DNA of 56,840 bases, counting the filler, from Squatina squatina (taxonomy: Eukaryota): NCBI GenBank assembly GCA_031763465.1. It is 3 parts of 3 records of this genome, joined end to end, with 100 filler letters (N's around TTAATTAATTAA, not from the genome) between each part and the next. Parts side by side here need not be neighbours in the genome. Positions count along the whole stretch, not along the records: positions 1 to 18,314 come from JARFOE010000194.1; positions 18,415 to 38,869 come from JARFOE010000046.1; 1 more part is not named here. One strand, 5' to 3'. Each line of letters opens with the position of its first letter. Position 1 is the first letter of the stretch. A model generated the notes under the pieces. That model worked only from the letters and a program-made list of their open reading frames with translations. It was not told the origin of the DNA and ran no database searches. Made by a program: the position numbers and the translations under genes. Shown here piece by piece: positions 11,550 to 24,412 of the stretch.

Positions 11550-13834
11550 ACGGAACAGGAAGTGCCATTCAGCCCATCATAGTTGTGCCAATGCGAGCTC
11601 TTTGATTGGCGCTGTCTATTCTAAGCCCAGTTTCTCTGATCTTTCCCCTTAAGTATTTACGTTCTTCCTTTTCAAACAGCGATGCAATANNNNNNNNNNN
11701 NNNNNNNNNNNNNNNNNNNNNNNNNNNNNNNNNNNNNNNNNNNNNNNNNNNNNNNNNNNNNNNNNNNNNNNNNNNNNNNNNNNNNNNNNGAGTTACCATA
11801 GTAGATTCCCATACATTTTCAACACGTTACTTTTCACGGACTGAGAGAGTCTGATCCCAGCCCCAGGCACTATCGCAATCAATGCTGATGAATGACTAGA
11901 AATGCTTTCTTCATTCTGGTCCTCAGTGAACAGAAAGTTTCCATTATCTTTCGCAACATCTTCACTCTATCAAACTGACAGGGGCAAGCAGTTGCACACT
12001 CCACTGCCTTCCTCAATACGACTTTGTGGTGCTCATATATATGTTCCTCATATGAAGATAGAAAATGGAAAATAATAAAACCTCACAGTAAAATTCCTGA
12101 AGGAATGCAAAAAGGAACCATTGACCTTTGCATTGGGTAACACCAGGTAGACTTTGGAGATAATGCACAAAGAGGCTTTATTGTAGAGGACAAATGACAT
12201 GACGTGTCCTTGCTGAAATAATGACAGATTGTCTAATTCTTTGTAAATTCTCATAATCTGGGTGGTCAGTTGCTGTGAGTTCTTTTCATACTAAAAGCGA
12301 TCATTTTATTAATTTTAATAGAATTTTGTGGGTTTATTTAGAAACATTTCTGACATGTCTGATTAATATCATACAAAGCTTCATCTGATAGCCCCTTGCA
12401 GAGGGCCACACAGGCAGATATATAAGAGAAAACACTTCAAAAACAAAGTTATCATGCTAAATGGCACAGGAGAAAATTTATGGTATGATACTCATCTCAC
12501 AAAATAGAGATAAATCGCTGTCTGTCCACAATGGAAAAAACAGAGGGCCAATTTCCCTGGCCCTGGTGCCCCAGGTGCACTTGTAGAAGAANNNNNNNNN
12601 NNNNNNNNNNNNNNNNNNNNNNNNNNNNNNNNNNNNNNNNNNNNNNNNNNNNNNNNNNNNNNNNNNNNNNNNNNNNNNNNNNNNNNNNNNNTCTCATTTT
12701 CATTTTTTGGCCTTGGTTTCCTCTCAGGGTAGTGGACAGGTCCTGCGCTGTGCAGGTGCTGCGCATTACTGGACAAGAGTAGCGCTGCCTAATGAGACTC
12801 CTGCCTGTTCACCCAGCAGGAGCGCCAGCAGCTTATAAATTGGAAGACCTCAAGTGGGAACAGGGCAGCAAGATCTTTTTTGATTTGGGTCTCACGACTG
12901 CTCCGTTCCCACTGAAAAACAGGGCACTCGAGACCAAAATTGCCCCGATAATGTCTTACTGAAATTAGAGCAGAATAAGTCAGTAAATTCAAACTCCACA
13001 TTGCAGTCCAGTTGCTAACATGTACACTTTTAAGAACTCTGTATTGGCAAAACTCAGAATATATGGAAATAAATTACCTAATCTGTTTCCCCCACATCCC
13101 CAAGATCTGGCTTCTGTTGTCCATATTAGAAATTGCAGAGAGCATCAAAGTCAAAACCAAGACTACTTTTTGCACAATTGTACCAAATACATTCAAGCTG
13201 ATTATTTACTCAATATGCAAATTATTTGAAACCATTAAAGACACAAACACACAAAAGGACTTGGCAACTGTAGTAGTGAAATGTGCCCTTTCAGATCTCA
13301 CCAAAAATTGTACGCAATAATGCCATAACAATTACAGTGATAGTATAACATTCAGTATATAGAATTCTATGAAGAGCATTTTATGTGCTCTGTAATTAAC
13401 ATTTTTATTAAAATAATCATTGTTATAAAATTAGAAATAAATCAACTGCCAGAATATTATACAATGAAAAACATTGCATAGTTACAGCAGATGGTAGCAA
13501 ACAGCTGTGAACTCGTAAACAACCATTAAAATCCACTGCACGTTCTCCCCCATTGCAGATAATAAGTACAACAGTGCAGTTTTATAGTGAAGTGAATGCA
13601 TTCAACACAGCAGGTAAGACATTCTCTTTGCAGGATTGCCTATGCACCAGCATCCTTGCTCTGATTAATCCCGTCGCTATGTACTGAAACGTACTTTTGT
13701 ACACGCAAACAGCAGACTGTATTTATGTAGCGCCTTTAAGGTTAAAAAAAAAAGTCCCAAGCAAAGTTCCCTGTAATTTTTTTGTGCCACACAGCATTCA
13801 AAATTCCACGCATGCGCAATTTTTTCAATTTTTA

Positions 13835-14022
13835 CCTCTCTACCTCTCTCTTTTGCTTTAAGACGCTCCTTAAAACCTAACTCTTTGACCAACCTTTTGG
13901 TCATCTGTCCTAAAATCTCCTTTAAATAGCTCGGTATCAAACTTTGTTTAATAACGCTCCTATGAAGCACCTTGGGACATTTTACTACATTAAAGGCGCT
14001 ATATAAATGCAAGTTGTTGTTA
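13835..14022 (+). mobile_element. L2-type LINE 3' end
   Basis: tttaagacgctccttaaaacc...gcgctatataaatgcaagttgttgt tail. Related copies at about 29625-29850 and 33621-33850. Confidence 0.7.
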
Positions 14023-14322
14023 AAAAAAAAGGACTGGACAAATTTCAGTGAATAAAGGGGATAGGGAGCGATTAGTTTCAGAATCATGGTATGGAACACG
14101 ATGGGTGATTTGGAAGAGTCAGCTAGATGGACCGAAGGTGTTCTCTGATCCAAACATCAAAATATTATAACACATCACTGAATTACTTCCATAATATAAA
14201 ATAGGAATCACGGCCCCTACCCTGGTGTTCAGTGAATTACAGATCCAACAGCTGTGTCGTTTCTCCAGTCAGTGAGCAAGCAGAGGCAAGAAAGACTCGA
14301 AATGCAGGTTGATAACAAAGTG

Positions 14323-14743
14323 TCAATGGTGCTGAAATTGCGATGTTATCAGGTCCCCCCAGGTGCGTACGATATTCGCACGCACCCGAAGGGACCTCAC
14401 ACGTTCCGAATCTCGGGTTGCATTGCGCGTGCCCACAGATCCAGAACTTGCGATCTGTCAGGGTTCCTCTTGACAGATCATCCGCGATATTTTCTCAACT
14501 TTTGCCCGTGGAAATCTCTTTAATTTTTTACGCATGGTAAAACCAAATGTACGGGCTTGGTTTTACCAGCATAAGAGTTTTTAAAAATGTAAAAATCAAA
14601 TAAATTAATGGTACATCACTTGAAAACCATTTCCATTAAGGTAAGTGTTTTTAAACATTTTAAAATATTTTTTTTCCAAAATTTTAAAAAAGTTATTTCA
14701 CATTTTTATTAAATTTTAATGTTACAGTAGTTTTTGAAATGTT
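14323..14743. mobile_element. MITE-like element, same family as 49070-49808, truncated by a gap
   Basis: Shares an internal hairpin-like block (tggtaaaacc...cttggttttac) and aaaaccatt.cc..taa.gtaagt with 49265-49440. Confidence 0.6.
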
Positions 14744-16345
14744 NNNNNNNNNNNNNNNNNNNNNNNNNNNNNNNNNNNNNNNNNNNNNNNNNNNNNNNNN
14801 NNNNNNNNNNNNNNNNNNNNNNNNNNNNNNNNNNNNNNNNNNNATGACGTGTGGGGAGTGTAGCCTGCTCGGGAGGAACAGGGGACGTTGGACCTCTGGT
14901 TCTCAAAGCTATCCCCCATTGGGGGTTTTCCTCACCTCATGTCAGGGTCTGTTGTCGACTCATTGATAGAGATCAATCGCTGTTTTTGGGCAACAACTCC
15001 ATTATCGTTGGATCATTGACTCCCGGGATGGGAGAAGGTGAACGAGATGGGCCTTGGGGTCTTTATTTGGTAACTCCTCGGTTCCTAATGTTTCTCACAC
15101 ATTTTCCTCCCTCACTGAATCCTCCACTCGCCAACCTGTGACATTCCTGGGTGCCGAATTAAATCTTGATTCTTCGTAGTTACCAAGGGAACCAATTGGT
15201 AAAAAAATACTTCTTAAAACATCAGGGACACAGAGCAGATGTTTCATAAAGCTGTTATTTCAACAATTCCACTTTGTTATAAGGCAGGTTGCCCACTTCG
15301 CAAATCAGTTCACATCTGTCTAAAAAGTGTGCGTATTTTACAAAGAAAATATTATTTCAACAATCACTGGGCTATCAACTGTAGCTCTATACCTCTCAAT
15401 GGCTACAAATTTCATGCTGCACTGAAGCTTTTCTGTGGGAATTTTTCTTTGTCCTTCAATGGACATTGCTATTGAATGTGCTATGGCATCTTCATTAAAT
15501 GATGTAGCCTGTCAGAGTATAAAATTCATCAGCTTTTTACATGTACTTCTTCCAGCACGGCATGCTGATAACAGTCAACAAATAAGTGCACTTTTAAAAA
15601 TCTCACCTCTATGGAGATGGAATGCTCAGTGGCAATCCCAATCTCAATTCTTTCTTTTCATTCAAAATAGTGTGGATAAGAACATAAGGACATAAGAATT
15701 CGGAGGGGTGGGCCATACGGCNNNNNNNNNNNNNNNNNNNNNNNNNNNNNNNNNNNNNNNNNNNNNNNNNNNNNNNNNNNNNNNNNNNNNNNNNNNNNNN
15801 NNNNNNNNNNNNNNNNNNNNNCTGGAGATTGAATTCTCAAAGATTTATTTCCAGGTGTTTCATGGAAAGGACAACATATATTAAGCCTTCTCTGAAACAT
15901 TATAAAATCAAATGCTTTGACTTTTAGTCATCATTGCAAAGTGTTTTTTGCAAAATTACTGTAACTCAAGATACAGTTACACAGAATCTCTCTCATTCCC
16001 TTTCCCCATTCTATGTTTATCAAGATCTCAATCATCTTAGCTTTCTCTAGAGTTACTGGCTTTCATCAGATTGGAAGAGAAATTTTGAAGTAAGAAAGAT
16101 TTTTCAGAAGCTTCGTAATGCTGCTGTTTGGCAGGCATTAGCAGTAGGAAGTCATGTTTATAACAAGACAGAACAAATTGTTAAGTTTTGAGCTCCAAGA
16201 TGATTACAACCGGACACTGAAAGAAATAAACACATTTAGTTAAGGTTACCAAAACAAAGTGACATTAAAAATGAGAAATTACCAAAACCTTGCAAACAAC
16301 TTTTTATTTGAGAACAGGCAAGTGTTGCTTGTACTCTACATGCAC

Positions 16346-16639
16346 TAAACTAGCTTGGCAGGGGGATGGGAACCTGAGAGAGGATTCAGAAGGGAGAGAA
16401 ACAAAAGGTAGGAACTGGAAGGTAAAAAAGTAAGTGAATTTGGAAGGTAGCGGAAATAAGGGCCAGGAGCAAATACGGTCAAAGAACTGAGAAATGGTCG
16501 AGGCAAAATTAAAGGTACTTTATCTAAATGCGCGCAGCATTCGCAACAAGGTAGATGAATTGACGACATAAATAGAAGTAAACGGGTATGATCTAATTGC
16601 CATTATGGAGACGTGGCTACAGGGTGACCAGGGCTGGGA
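16346..16639 (+). mobile_element. CR1 LINE, ORF1 end and ORF2 APE-endonuclease N-terminus
   Basis: YLNARSIRNKVDELTT*IEVNGYDLIAIMETWLQGDQGW is the canonical CR1 endonuclease start, here with an in-frame stop. Confidence 0.85.
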
Positions 16640-18314
16640 NNNNNNNNNNNNNNNNNNNNNNNNNNNNNNNNNNNNNNNNNNNNNNNNNNNNNNNNNNNNN
16701 NNNNNNNNNNNNNNNNNNNNNNNNNNNNNNNNNNNNNNNAAGCCAACATATTAACACCATTTCACAAAATATATAAGGCTACAGAATGTTACTGTGAGAG
16801 CAGGATAGGGAGATATGATAAATTTTAATGCAGCTTTTTACAATATGCTGTTCTAATTACTCATTAATATACATCACATTGTATTTGAGAAACACTTCAC
16901 AAGGTTCTTTGGTCTACAAAAATAAAGGGCCAGCAAACATTCTCAATGACAAAGCAGGAAATCAGTGAGCCAGTGCATCATTGCAGCTTAATTTGTGAAT
17001 GTGTTATCACAAACAGAACACAAGGAGGAAAAGTTGCTGAGTACCATCTGTTATTTCTGTCAGTGACCTATCCACCCACAAGACTATTCACACTCCATTT
17101 TCTGTTGTCTGAATGCAGTCACTTTAACACAAATTATAGCAATTGCACGTTTATTACTGCGTAAATGATGAGCCAGGAACAATTTAAAAATCTTTTTGAA
17201 TCAATTTCATTTTCATATTTTGGTAATGAACTGTCATGAAGCCTAAAGATATACATTCAAGAAAAGAAAGTAGATCATGAAATTCAATCCATCAATTTCA
17301 AGGGTACACAAATCAGATTCGAAGCTGCCATCATATCCATGAATGACTTTAGTTATAGTATCCAATTTCCTCATTCTGCTCTACAAGCTTAAGGTTTTGT
17401 GTCCTATAATTCTTGGCACACAAGGCAACTTAACTGTGCACAGAAGGCCTTCTTCAAAAAGAAGCCATCGCTACAGAAAATGGCATTTAATTGTGCCAAC
17501 AGGCAACAATAGTTCTAAGCATGCCAAATCTTTCNNNNNNNNNNNNNNNNNNNNNNNNNNNNNNNNNNNNNNNNNNNNNNNNNNNNNNNNNNNNNNNNNN
17601 NNNNNNNNNNNNNNNNNNNNNNNNNNNNNNNNNNTGAGACTAATACATTTAATATATTTATTTAGGCACCAACACCTCCACCTGGTGTACAAAATGAGGA
17701 TTTTTTGATATATAAAGTTGTTTTGCAAATAAGGACATAAGAATTATTCCATTTCAGCAATCACCAGCTGTCCATACATTTGTTTAAAAGTGAATTGAAA
17801 ATGCCTCAAAAAACACCTTTCCAAATCAGACTTTCCACCACATGAATGATGAGTTTGTATACAACAGTGCACTTGTTACTATCAAAATGGGCTTCTCTTT
17901 CCAAAAATCAAAAATGCAAGCACACAAAACTGCTTTGCCCACTCGCAAATAAATATAAATGATCTTATTTCGCCCTGCTTGATCAGTGGGCAGACAGCAA
18001 TAGTAATCAATTACAATTAAGGCTCTTAAAAAAAACTGAACGTTAATAAACACTTAATAACAACTGATAGCAACTTCGAATAATGAACTTGCTAATTACT
18101 ACCGCATTATGGAATTTAATACATCATTAAAATGACCAAAGTCATTACATATTGTATATAATTACACAGTAGTTTATGGCTGTGACAGGAATTTTTAATC
18201 CCCAAGTCTTTAAATAAAATGTTGTACTAAGACGACACCAAGATGCAGACTACTGCAAGTACCCAGCTGTACACAGACGTGCAGCGAGAGTGTAACTGGC
18301 AGAAAGGCTGAGTG

Positions 18315-18414
18315 NNNNNNNNNNNNNNNNNNNNNNNNNNNNNNNNNNNNNNNNNNNNTTAATTAATTAANNNNNNNNNNNNNNNNNNNNNNNNNNNNNN
18401 NNNNNNNNNNNNNN
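18315..18414. other. Artificial scaffold spacer (44N + TTAATTAATTAA + 44N)
   Basis: A palindromic 12-mer with stops in all six frames, centred in exactly 100 positions. An identical construct occurs at 38870-38969. Confidence 0.95.
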
Positions 18415-18945
18415 TATTCTGACAGCTGGAAAGCTCCTGATATTAATTAGTTGGAATTATTGCACTGAGACCATAGCATCTACGAAGTAACCAACTGGTA
18501 CCTGGCTGGAACTCTTATTCTACTGCCAAGGAAAGTGTTCTGTATTTGCATGGTTACATGTTTGCACAGAGTTCCTCGCAAAACAGTTAAAATATAAACG
18601 TTTAGAGAGTGTGGGATCATCTCAACGCTTCCTATACATTTAAATAAACTCCATTTGGTTTAGAAAGTGTCGAGAGCATCATATGGAGCTCCAGGACACA
18701 TGTAAAACCCGATTTTCCAAGCATTCGAGTTACATATAAACAAAAAGAAACGTAAACACATTCTAGGTGATAACACTATATAGCAATGTGACAGGCATGT
18801 TTACTAGAAATAGAAATAGTGCAGAGAGCTGGTAATTTTGCCTTTAAGATACTACTTTCATCCTATTCACTTGATTGTGCTGAATATATCTGTTCACCCA
18901 AATCAAACCAGTGAGCTTCTTCTTCCCATTTTAAAAGCGCCTCAC

Positions 18946-19178
18946 CTCATTGTTTACAGTGGTGCTGTAATTTTCAGAATTCATCATTCCAGGATTTTCT
19001 TTCCTGGTAGATCCATTCTGGACATAGTTCTTGCCTGTAGATGACATGCACGTATTGCGGGTGATGAAGTCTCTCTTCGTCGTCTGTAATGTTGAACAAG
19101 AGTCGTAGCGGAAACTCTGAGAAAGTGGATCACCCCCGAATACCTCAACATAGTTCGGTGGTATCTGAAGATTTCTAC
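18946..19178 (-). CDS. Clustered protocadherin variable exon A, 3' cytoplasmic end (probably the same gene as 19279-20066)
   Basis: RNLQIPPNYVEVFGGDPLSQSFRYDSCS...TVNNE followed by donor GAG|GTGAGG. Nearly identical motif to the tail of exon 21349-23301. Confidence 0.9.
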
Positions 19179-19278
19179 NNNNNNNNNNNNNNNNNNNNNN
19201 NNNNNNNNNNNNNNNNNNNNNNNNNNNNNNNNNNNNNNNNNNNNNNNNNNNNNNNNNNNNNNNNNNNNNNNNNNNNNN

Positions 19279-20066
19279 AATCAGTCGCATTTAACCGTAT
19301 TACCAGGGTTCCTTTGGGTGCATTTTCTAACAGCGTGACCCTATAAACCGACTGGGGGAAAACAGGCGCGTTGTCGTTTGCATCCAGCACCACCACTGTG
19401 ATCTGAGCAGTACCTGACCTTTCCGGTGATCCGCCGTCATTCGCAATTAGCACTAACCTGTGGGCTGATTGTTTTTCTCTATCCAGGGACCTTTCCAGCA
19501 CCAGAATTGGAAACATCCCCACTCCACTGCGCATCTGTACATCCACAGTAAAATAATCGTTCGGGAGGAGATGGTAGGTTTGCACGGAGTTGATTCCTAC
19601 GTCCGGATCGTGCGCGGACTCGAGGGGGAATCGCGCTCCGGTCGCAGCCATTTCTGAGATTTCAAGGCGGAATTGGCTCTTTGGAAACCTGGGAGCGTTG
19701 TCATTCACATCGAGAATCTCCACTTCAACGTGGTACAGATTGAGGGGATTTTGAATCACAGCCTCCAAAGATAGCACACAAGTGAGGCTCGGCCCGCAGA
19801 GCTCTTCCCTGTCTATTTTTTCCCTCACAAAGAAAATTCCATTGTCTAAATTTACGTCCACATAATGTTTCCTGGATCCGGGCACAATCCGCAAACTACG
19901 AGCNNNNNNNNNNTAAACCCAAATCGGCGGCGAGATTCCCAACAAAGGCGCCCAGTTGCAGTTCTTCAGGAATCGAATAATGAATCTGCCCAGAAACTAG
20001 ATCCCATGAAGACAATATGTAGAACAATAGTTTCCATTTTAGCAACCAAATTATTTTAAATCTCAT
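19279..20066 (-). CDS. Clustered protocadherin variable exon B, 5' part (signal peptide, EC1, EC2, start of EC3)
   Basis: ATG at 20066: [35 protein letters not shown]. Has the EC1 C-X5-C motif (CGPSLTC) plus DRE and DxNDNAPxF motifs. The apparent frameshift at 19904-19913 is a 10-N gap. Confidence 0.93.
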
Positions 20067-20300
20067 TTCCACACCGAATCATTCCAAGGGTTTCAGTACG
20101 AGACGGCTCCGTTCATAATTCCTGTAACAGTTATTTAAATATCGTCTCTTAACTCGAAGAACGTATTGTGCAGCAGTACCTGTGTTTGTTTTGAGAATCG
20201 CCAAAAATATTTCATATAAATCGTCTCATTTCGCCTAAAATTGCAGGCGAAAGATTGCGCCGCAGCTCACCATCTGGTATTTCACTGTTCTAATACGTGA

Positions 20301-20361
20301 TGGAGGATGGGAAGTCAAGGGGGCAGTCCGGATCACCAATCACATTTTAGCTTCTGATTGG
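20301..20361 (-). promoter_or_regulatory. Conserved protocadherin promoter element (CTCF-like core plus CCAAT), copy 1
   Basis: 52/61 ungapped identity to 24413-24473, counted by eye. Lies 235-295 bp upstream of ATG 20066. Contains AAGGGGGCAG and CCAATCA. Confidence 0.7.
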
Positions 20362-21348
20362 CCCGCAGAACAGTGGCATTCAACAAATTAGAATACAGCT
20401 CATTTCTTAAAGCGACGATGTCGTCTTATTCCTTCGCAGCAGATCTACATTTATTGTTGTACAATTAAAAATTAAAAGAAGTATTTAATTTTGTAGGTGG
20501 ATTAATTACTTCCCTCTTTGCTGAAGCCAAACCTATACCACAGTTTAAGAACAGATCTCAAGTGTCTGCTGTGCAGAACTACCTATAAAATTCACGTCGT
20601 AGTGAATGTGTCATTGTGGAACTGTGCTGGGATGCGGTCAGGCCCAGTTGCCTGCTTAATCGTTCATTAATTCAATTATTTCACTGTAATTTTGTTTCTG
20701 GTAACTTATTTTTTGACTCATCTTATGATTACCAAATTTCTAATTGGGGGAGACTGCGTGGTGTAAAGGGTTACTGCACAGTCTTTCGGTTTCTGGCCAA
20801 GGATTTGAATCCAGCATGTGCTGATTAGATGTAAGGCACCATCCATTAGACATTTATCAGAATTCTGACATACTTTTAGAATGCAATCGGAGGGGATAAC
20901 TTAGATCATATGTTCATTGCTGCTTCCCTATTGCTCTGGTGCACCATTAACAGATTTCTGTGTAGCTCTGAATTTACATAAGGGTCGAATCCCACTCATT
21001 GGCCTCTACATATTGTTGAACTTGAAAGTTAGTGTCCCTGAGGATACTATTGTTATTAATAAAANNNNNNNNNNNNNNNNNNNNNNNNNNNNNNNNNNNN
21101 NNNNNNNNNNNNNNNNNNNNNNNNNNNNNNNNNNNNNNNNNNNNNNNNNNNNNNNNNNNNNNNNCCTTATTTCGGCGCAACCATGATGAACAGAAGTATC
21201 AAAGTAAGTTCAGATGTGTGGGTATTATTCATAACTGCCATTAGTCTGTCATCAACTAAAGACAAAATCTCTGTTTTGCAATACTTCAGCGGATGTCTGT
21301 ACATCCAAATCAAACAGTAGAGTATTTTTGTGTTTAGAACATCCTCAC

Positions 21349-23301
21349 CTCACTAGTTACAGTGGTCTTGCTGTTGAAATTCCGGAGAACTTGTTCATTC
21401 CCACTCGGGACGTGATTTTTGCGTGTAGATGACCTGTACATGTTCGGAAACATGGCGTCTCTCTTGGCCGTACCGTAACTCGAACACGTGTCATAGCGGA
21501 AGCTTTGAGAGAGTGGATCGCCCCCAAACACTTCGACATAGTTAGTAGCTATTTCTAGATTTCTGCTGGCTTTTTGAATTCCATTCAACGAATTCCGTGC
21601 TTCGAAGCAACAGCAGGTATCCAGGTAACCATTATGGGCAGCAAACCGGTTTCTGTTTTTATGAACCTTAATGGCGAGGATAATTAAAACCACGAGAAAA
21701 ATAGATGATGTTATCGCTAACGATATGACTAAGAAAAGGCTGATATCACCAAAGGACCCAGGACCCTCAGACAAACTGTTCATCTCCGAAAGCATTTCCG
21801 TCTCACCGCCTGTCAGTGATAAGATGATTGTCATTGAAGCTGAAAGCGGTGGTGAACCATTGTCTTTTGCGCCGATGACCAACCTTTGCTTTGTGACGTC
21901 TTTGCTCGTAATGCCACGGATTGTCCAGATTTCGCCTGTGACCGGGGAAATAGTAAAAAGTCCTGGATCAGTCGTCTGGAGAATGTGGTAAGAGAGCCGA
22001 GCATTCTGGCCAGAGTCAGCATCAGTGGCCGACACCGTGGCAACTAGATAGCCAGGTTCTGCGAATCGAGATACTGTCTCTGTTACTGTAGATCCATACT
22101 CGGGTAATGGGTGCACGATCACCGGAGCATTGTCATTCTGATCAAGGATAATTACCTCTACCGAGGCGCTGCTGGAGAGTGGTGGGACTCCAGAGTCCGT
22201 AACCTGAACTTGGATCTGAAAATTTTTGATTGTCTCGTAATCAAAAGATCTTTGAGAAAATATGACTCCCTTTTCTGATTGGATGTAGACGTAATTGTGC
22301 ACTGACTCGCCCTGAACCGGAGTCGGCGTGAGGGAATAGTTCAGCCGCGAGTTCTGCTTTAAATCTGGATCAAAAGCTGTCACTGAAAAGATGGGCGCTC
22401 CAATAACATTGTTCTCCATCACGTAAGCTGTATATAAAGGCTGTGCAAAGCGGGGCGCGTTATCATTTACATCGGAAACCTCCACCAGGATGACTTGGTT
22501 GGATGTGAGGGGAGGAGACCCTGAATCACTGCAGACGACAGTGACTTCGTACCTCGAGGTATTTTCACGATCAAGTATCTGTTGTGTACGCAGCGTTAAG
22601 TATCTCTTTGAGGATGAATCCAATTGAAAAGGAAGGTTATCCTTGATTTGACATTCTACGTGTGCGTTTTCTCCTGAATCTTGATCTGTTGCACTGATTA
22701 GAGCAACAACCGTCCCGGGCACCGAATCTTCAGGAACTGGACTGAAAAGGGTAGAGACAGTCACCTCAGGAGCGTTATCATTTATATCCAGAATCTGAAC
22801 CAGCACATCGCAAAAAGCAGGAACTGCGGAAGGCCCCTTGTCCTTTGCCTGTACATTGATCTCAAAAACACTGTTGTCTTCAAAGTTTAAATTTCCTTTG
22901 ACTCTGATTTCACCCGTTTTTGAATCCAAGGCAAACATTTCACGGACTATAACAGCAGTATGGCTGTTAAAAGAGTACACAATCTCCCCATTGGAACCAT
23001 CATCTAAATCAGTGGCATTTAGCTTAATCACCAACGTTCCTTTCGGGATATTTTCCAGCAGATTGACGATATAAGCTGACTGCGGGAAAACAGGCGCGTT
23101 GTCGTTGGCATCTTGTACGCTGATAATTATCTGAGCAGTTCCAGACCGTTCAGGGTCCCCGCCGTCCTTGGCAATCAGCACTAACCTGTGACTAAATATC
23201 TTTTCTCTATCCAGTGGCCTTTTCAAAACTAACACTGGCAAATATTTATTCCCATTTCTGCTCTCAACATTTAAAACATAGAATTCATTTGCAACCAGTT
23301 G
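21349..23301 (-). CDS. Clustered protocadherin variable exon C (mid-EC2 to EC6, TM, variable cytoplasmic domain)
   Basis: Uninterrupted ORF with repeated DxNDNAP/DRE/DxDxGxN motifs, RSFDYE and DADSGQNARLSY. TM ISLFLVISLAITSSIFLVVLIILAI. Donor GAG|GTGAGG at 21349. Confidence 0.96.
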
Positions 23302-23401
23302 NNNNNNNNNNNNNNNNNNNNNNNNNNNNNNNNNNNNNNNNNNNNNNNNNNNNNNNNNNNNNNNNNNNNNNNNNNNNNNNNNNNNNNNNNNNNNNNNNNN
23401 N

Positions 23402-24161
23402 AAATATTTTCTAACAGGCTAATCCTATAAACTGACTGGGGGAACACAGGCGAGTTGTCGTTAGCATCTTGTACACTGATCATTATCTGAGCAGTACCAG
23501 ACCGTTCAGGGACCCCGCCGTCTTTGGCAATCAGCACTAACCTGTGAATAGATAGCTTCTCTCTGTCCAGTGGGCTGACCAAAATTAACACGGGTACGTC
23601 TTTATTTCCATTTCTGCTCTCAACTTTTAAAGCGAAGTATTCGTTTGCAAGCAGCTGGTATGATAGCAGGGCGTTGATTCCTACGTCTGTGTCACGGGCG
23701 CGCTGAAAGGCATAACGCGTTCCTGGTGCGGCCACCTCGGAGATTTCAAGGCGATACTGGTTTTGTGGAAAAGTAGGAGCATTGTCGTTAAAATCCAAAA
23801 TCTCCACTTCAACATCGTAGAGACTGAACGGATTTTCGATCACCGTTTCTAAAGATAACACACACGTCGCGCTGGGCCCACAGAGCTGTTCCCTGTCAAT
23901 CTTTTCCTTCACAAATAAATTGCCATTGTTCAAATTTACGTCGAAAAGCTGCTTCGTGTGACCAGGCACAATCCGAAAACTGCGAGCTTTGAGCTCTTTC
24001 ACGTCTAAACCCAAATCGTCTGCGATATTCCCAACTCAGGCACCCACTTGCAGCTCTTCAGGAATTGAGTAGCGAATCTGTCCAGAAATTAGATCCCAGA
24101 AGGTGCAGGCACAGCACAACAGTGACCATTTTAACAGCCAGTGTCGTTTATAATATCTCAT
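23402..24161 (-). pseudogene. Clustered protocadherin variable exon D, 5' part (signal peptide to EC3 start) with in-frame TGA at codon 42
   Basis: [54 protein letters not shown] at 24036-24038 where paralog B has TTT (GAFVGN). The rest is open. Pseudogene, null allele or base error. Confidence 0.7.
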
Positions 24162-24412
24162 TTCCAGCACAAAGCATCCCCATTGTTTCAGCTGCGGCTT
24201 GCTTCGATAATTCCTTCGAATTAAGGTACGTATTTTTTCCGTAGTGAAATTAGCAGATTACTAAAAAATACCTGTGGGTTTACAAATCTGGAGACTGCTT
24301 CTGTGCCGATCTTCCTATTTTTCCAAAAAATCACCATTGGTTCAGGATACAAAACCGCTTACAGTGCTCACGGCCCGATGTTCAACACGAAACTGCGGCT
24401 GAACGTGCGCAA

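Noticed and set aside
11880-11905. CTGATGA...GAAA hammerhead-like core
   Set aside because: No pairable stem II or flanking stems.
12545-12950. Exon-like GC-rich stretch with acceptor-like sites on both strands
   Set aside because: Bounded by gggccaattt and aaattgcccc TIR-like ends, so probably a MITE. All frames stop early.
14215-14275. TDWR motif suggesting protocadherin constant exon 1
   Set aside because: No suitable acceptor upstream, and an in-frame TGA follows after about ten codons.
18359-18370. TTAATTAATTAA palindrome as a biological site
   Set aside because: Centred in N runs twice with identical geometry, so it is a synthetic spacer.
19904-19945. Apparent frameshift in protocadherin B
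   Set aside because: A 10-N placeholder replaces about 18 nt (DVKELK in paralog D).
20745-20820. tRNA-like sequence (also about 43870-43930)
   Set aside because: Degenerate A/B boxes without a cloverleaf. These are SINE heads, not tRNA genes.
21671-21991. Plus-strand ORFs overlapping the protocadherins (also 22838, 28074, 32454, 33357)
   Set aside because: Antisense shadows of the coding exons.
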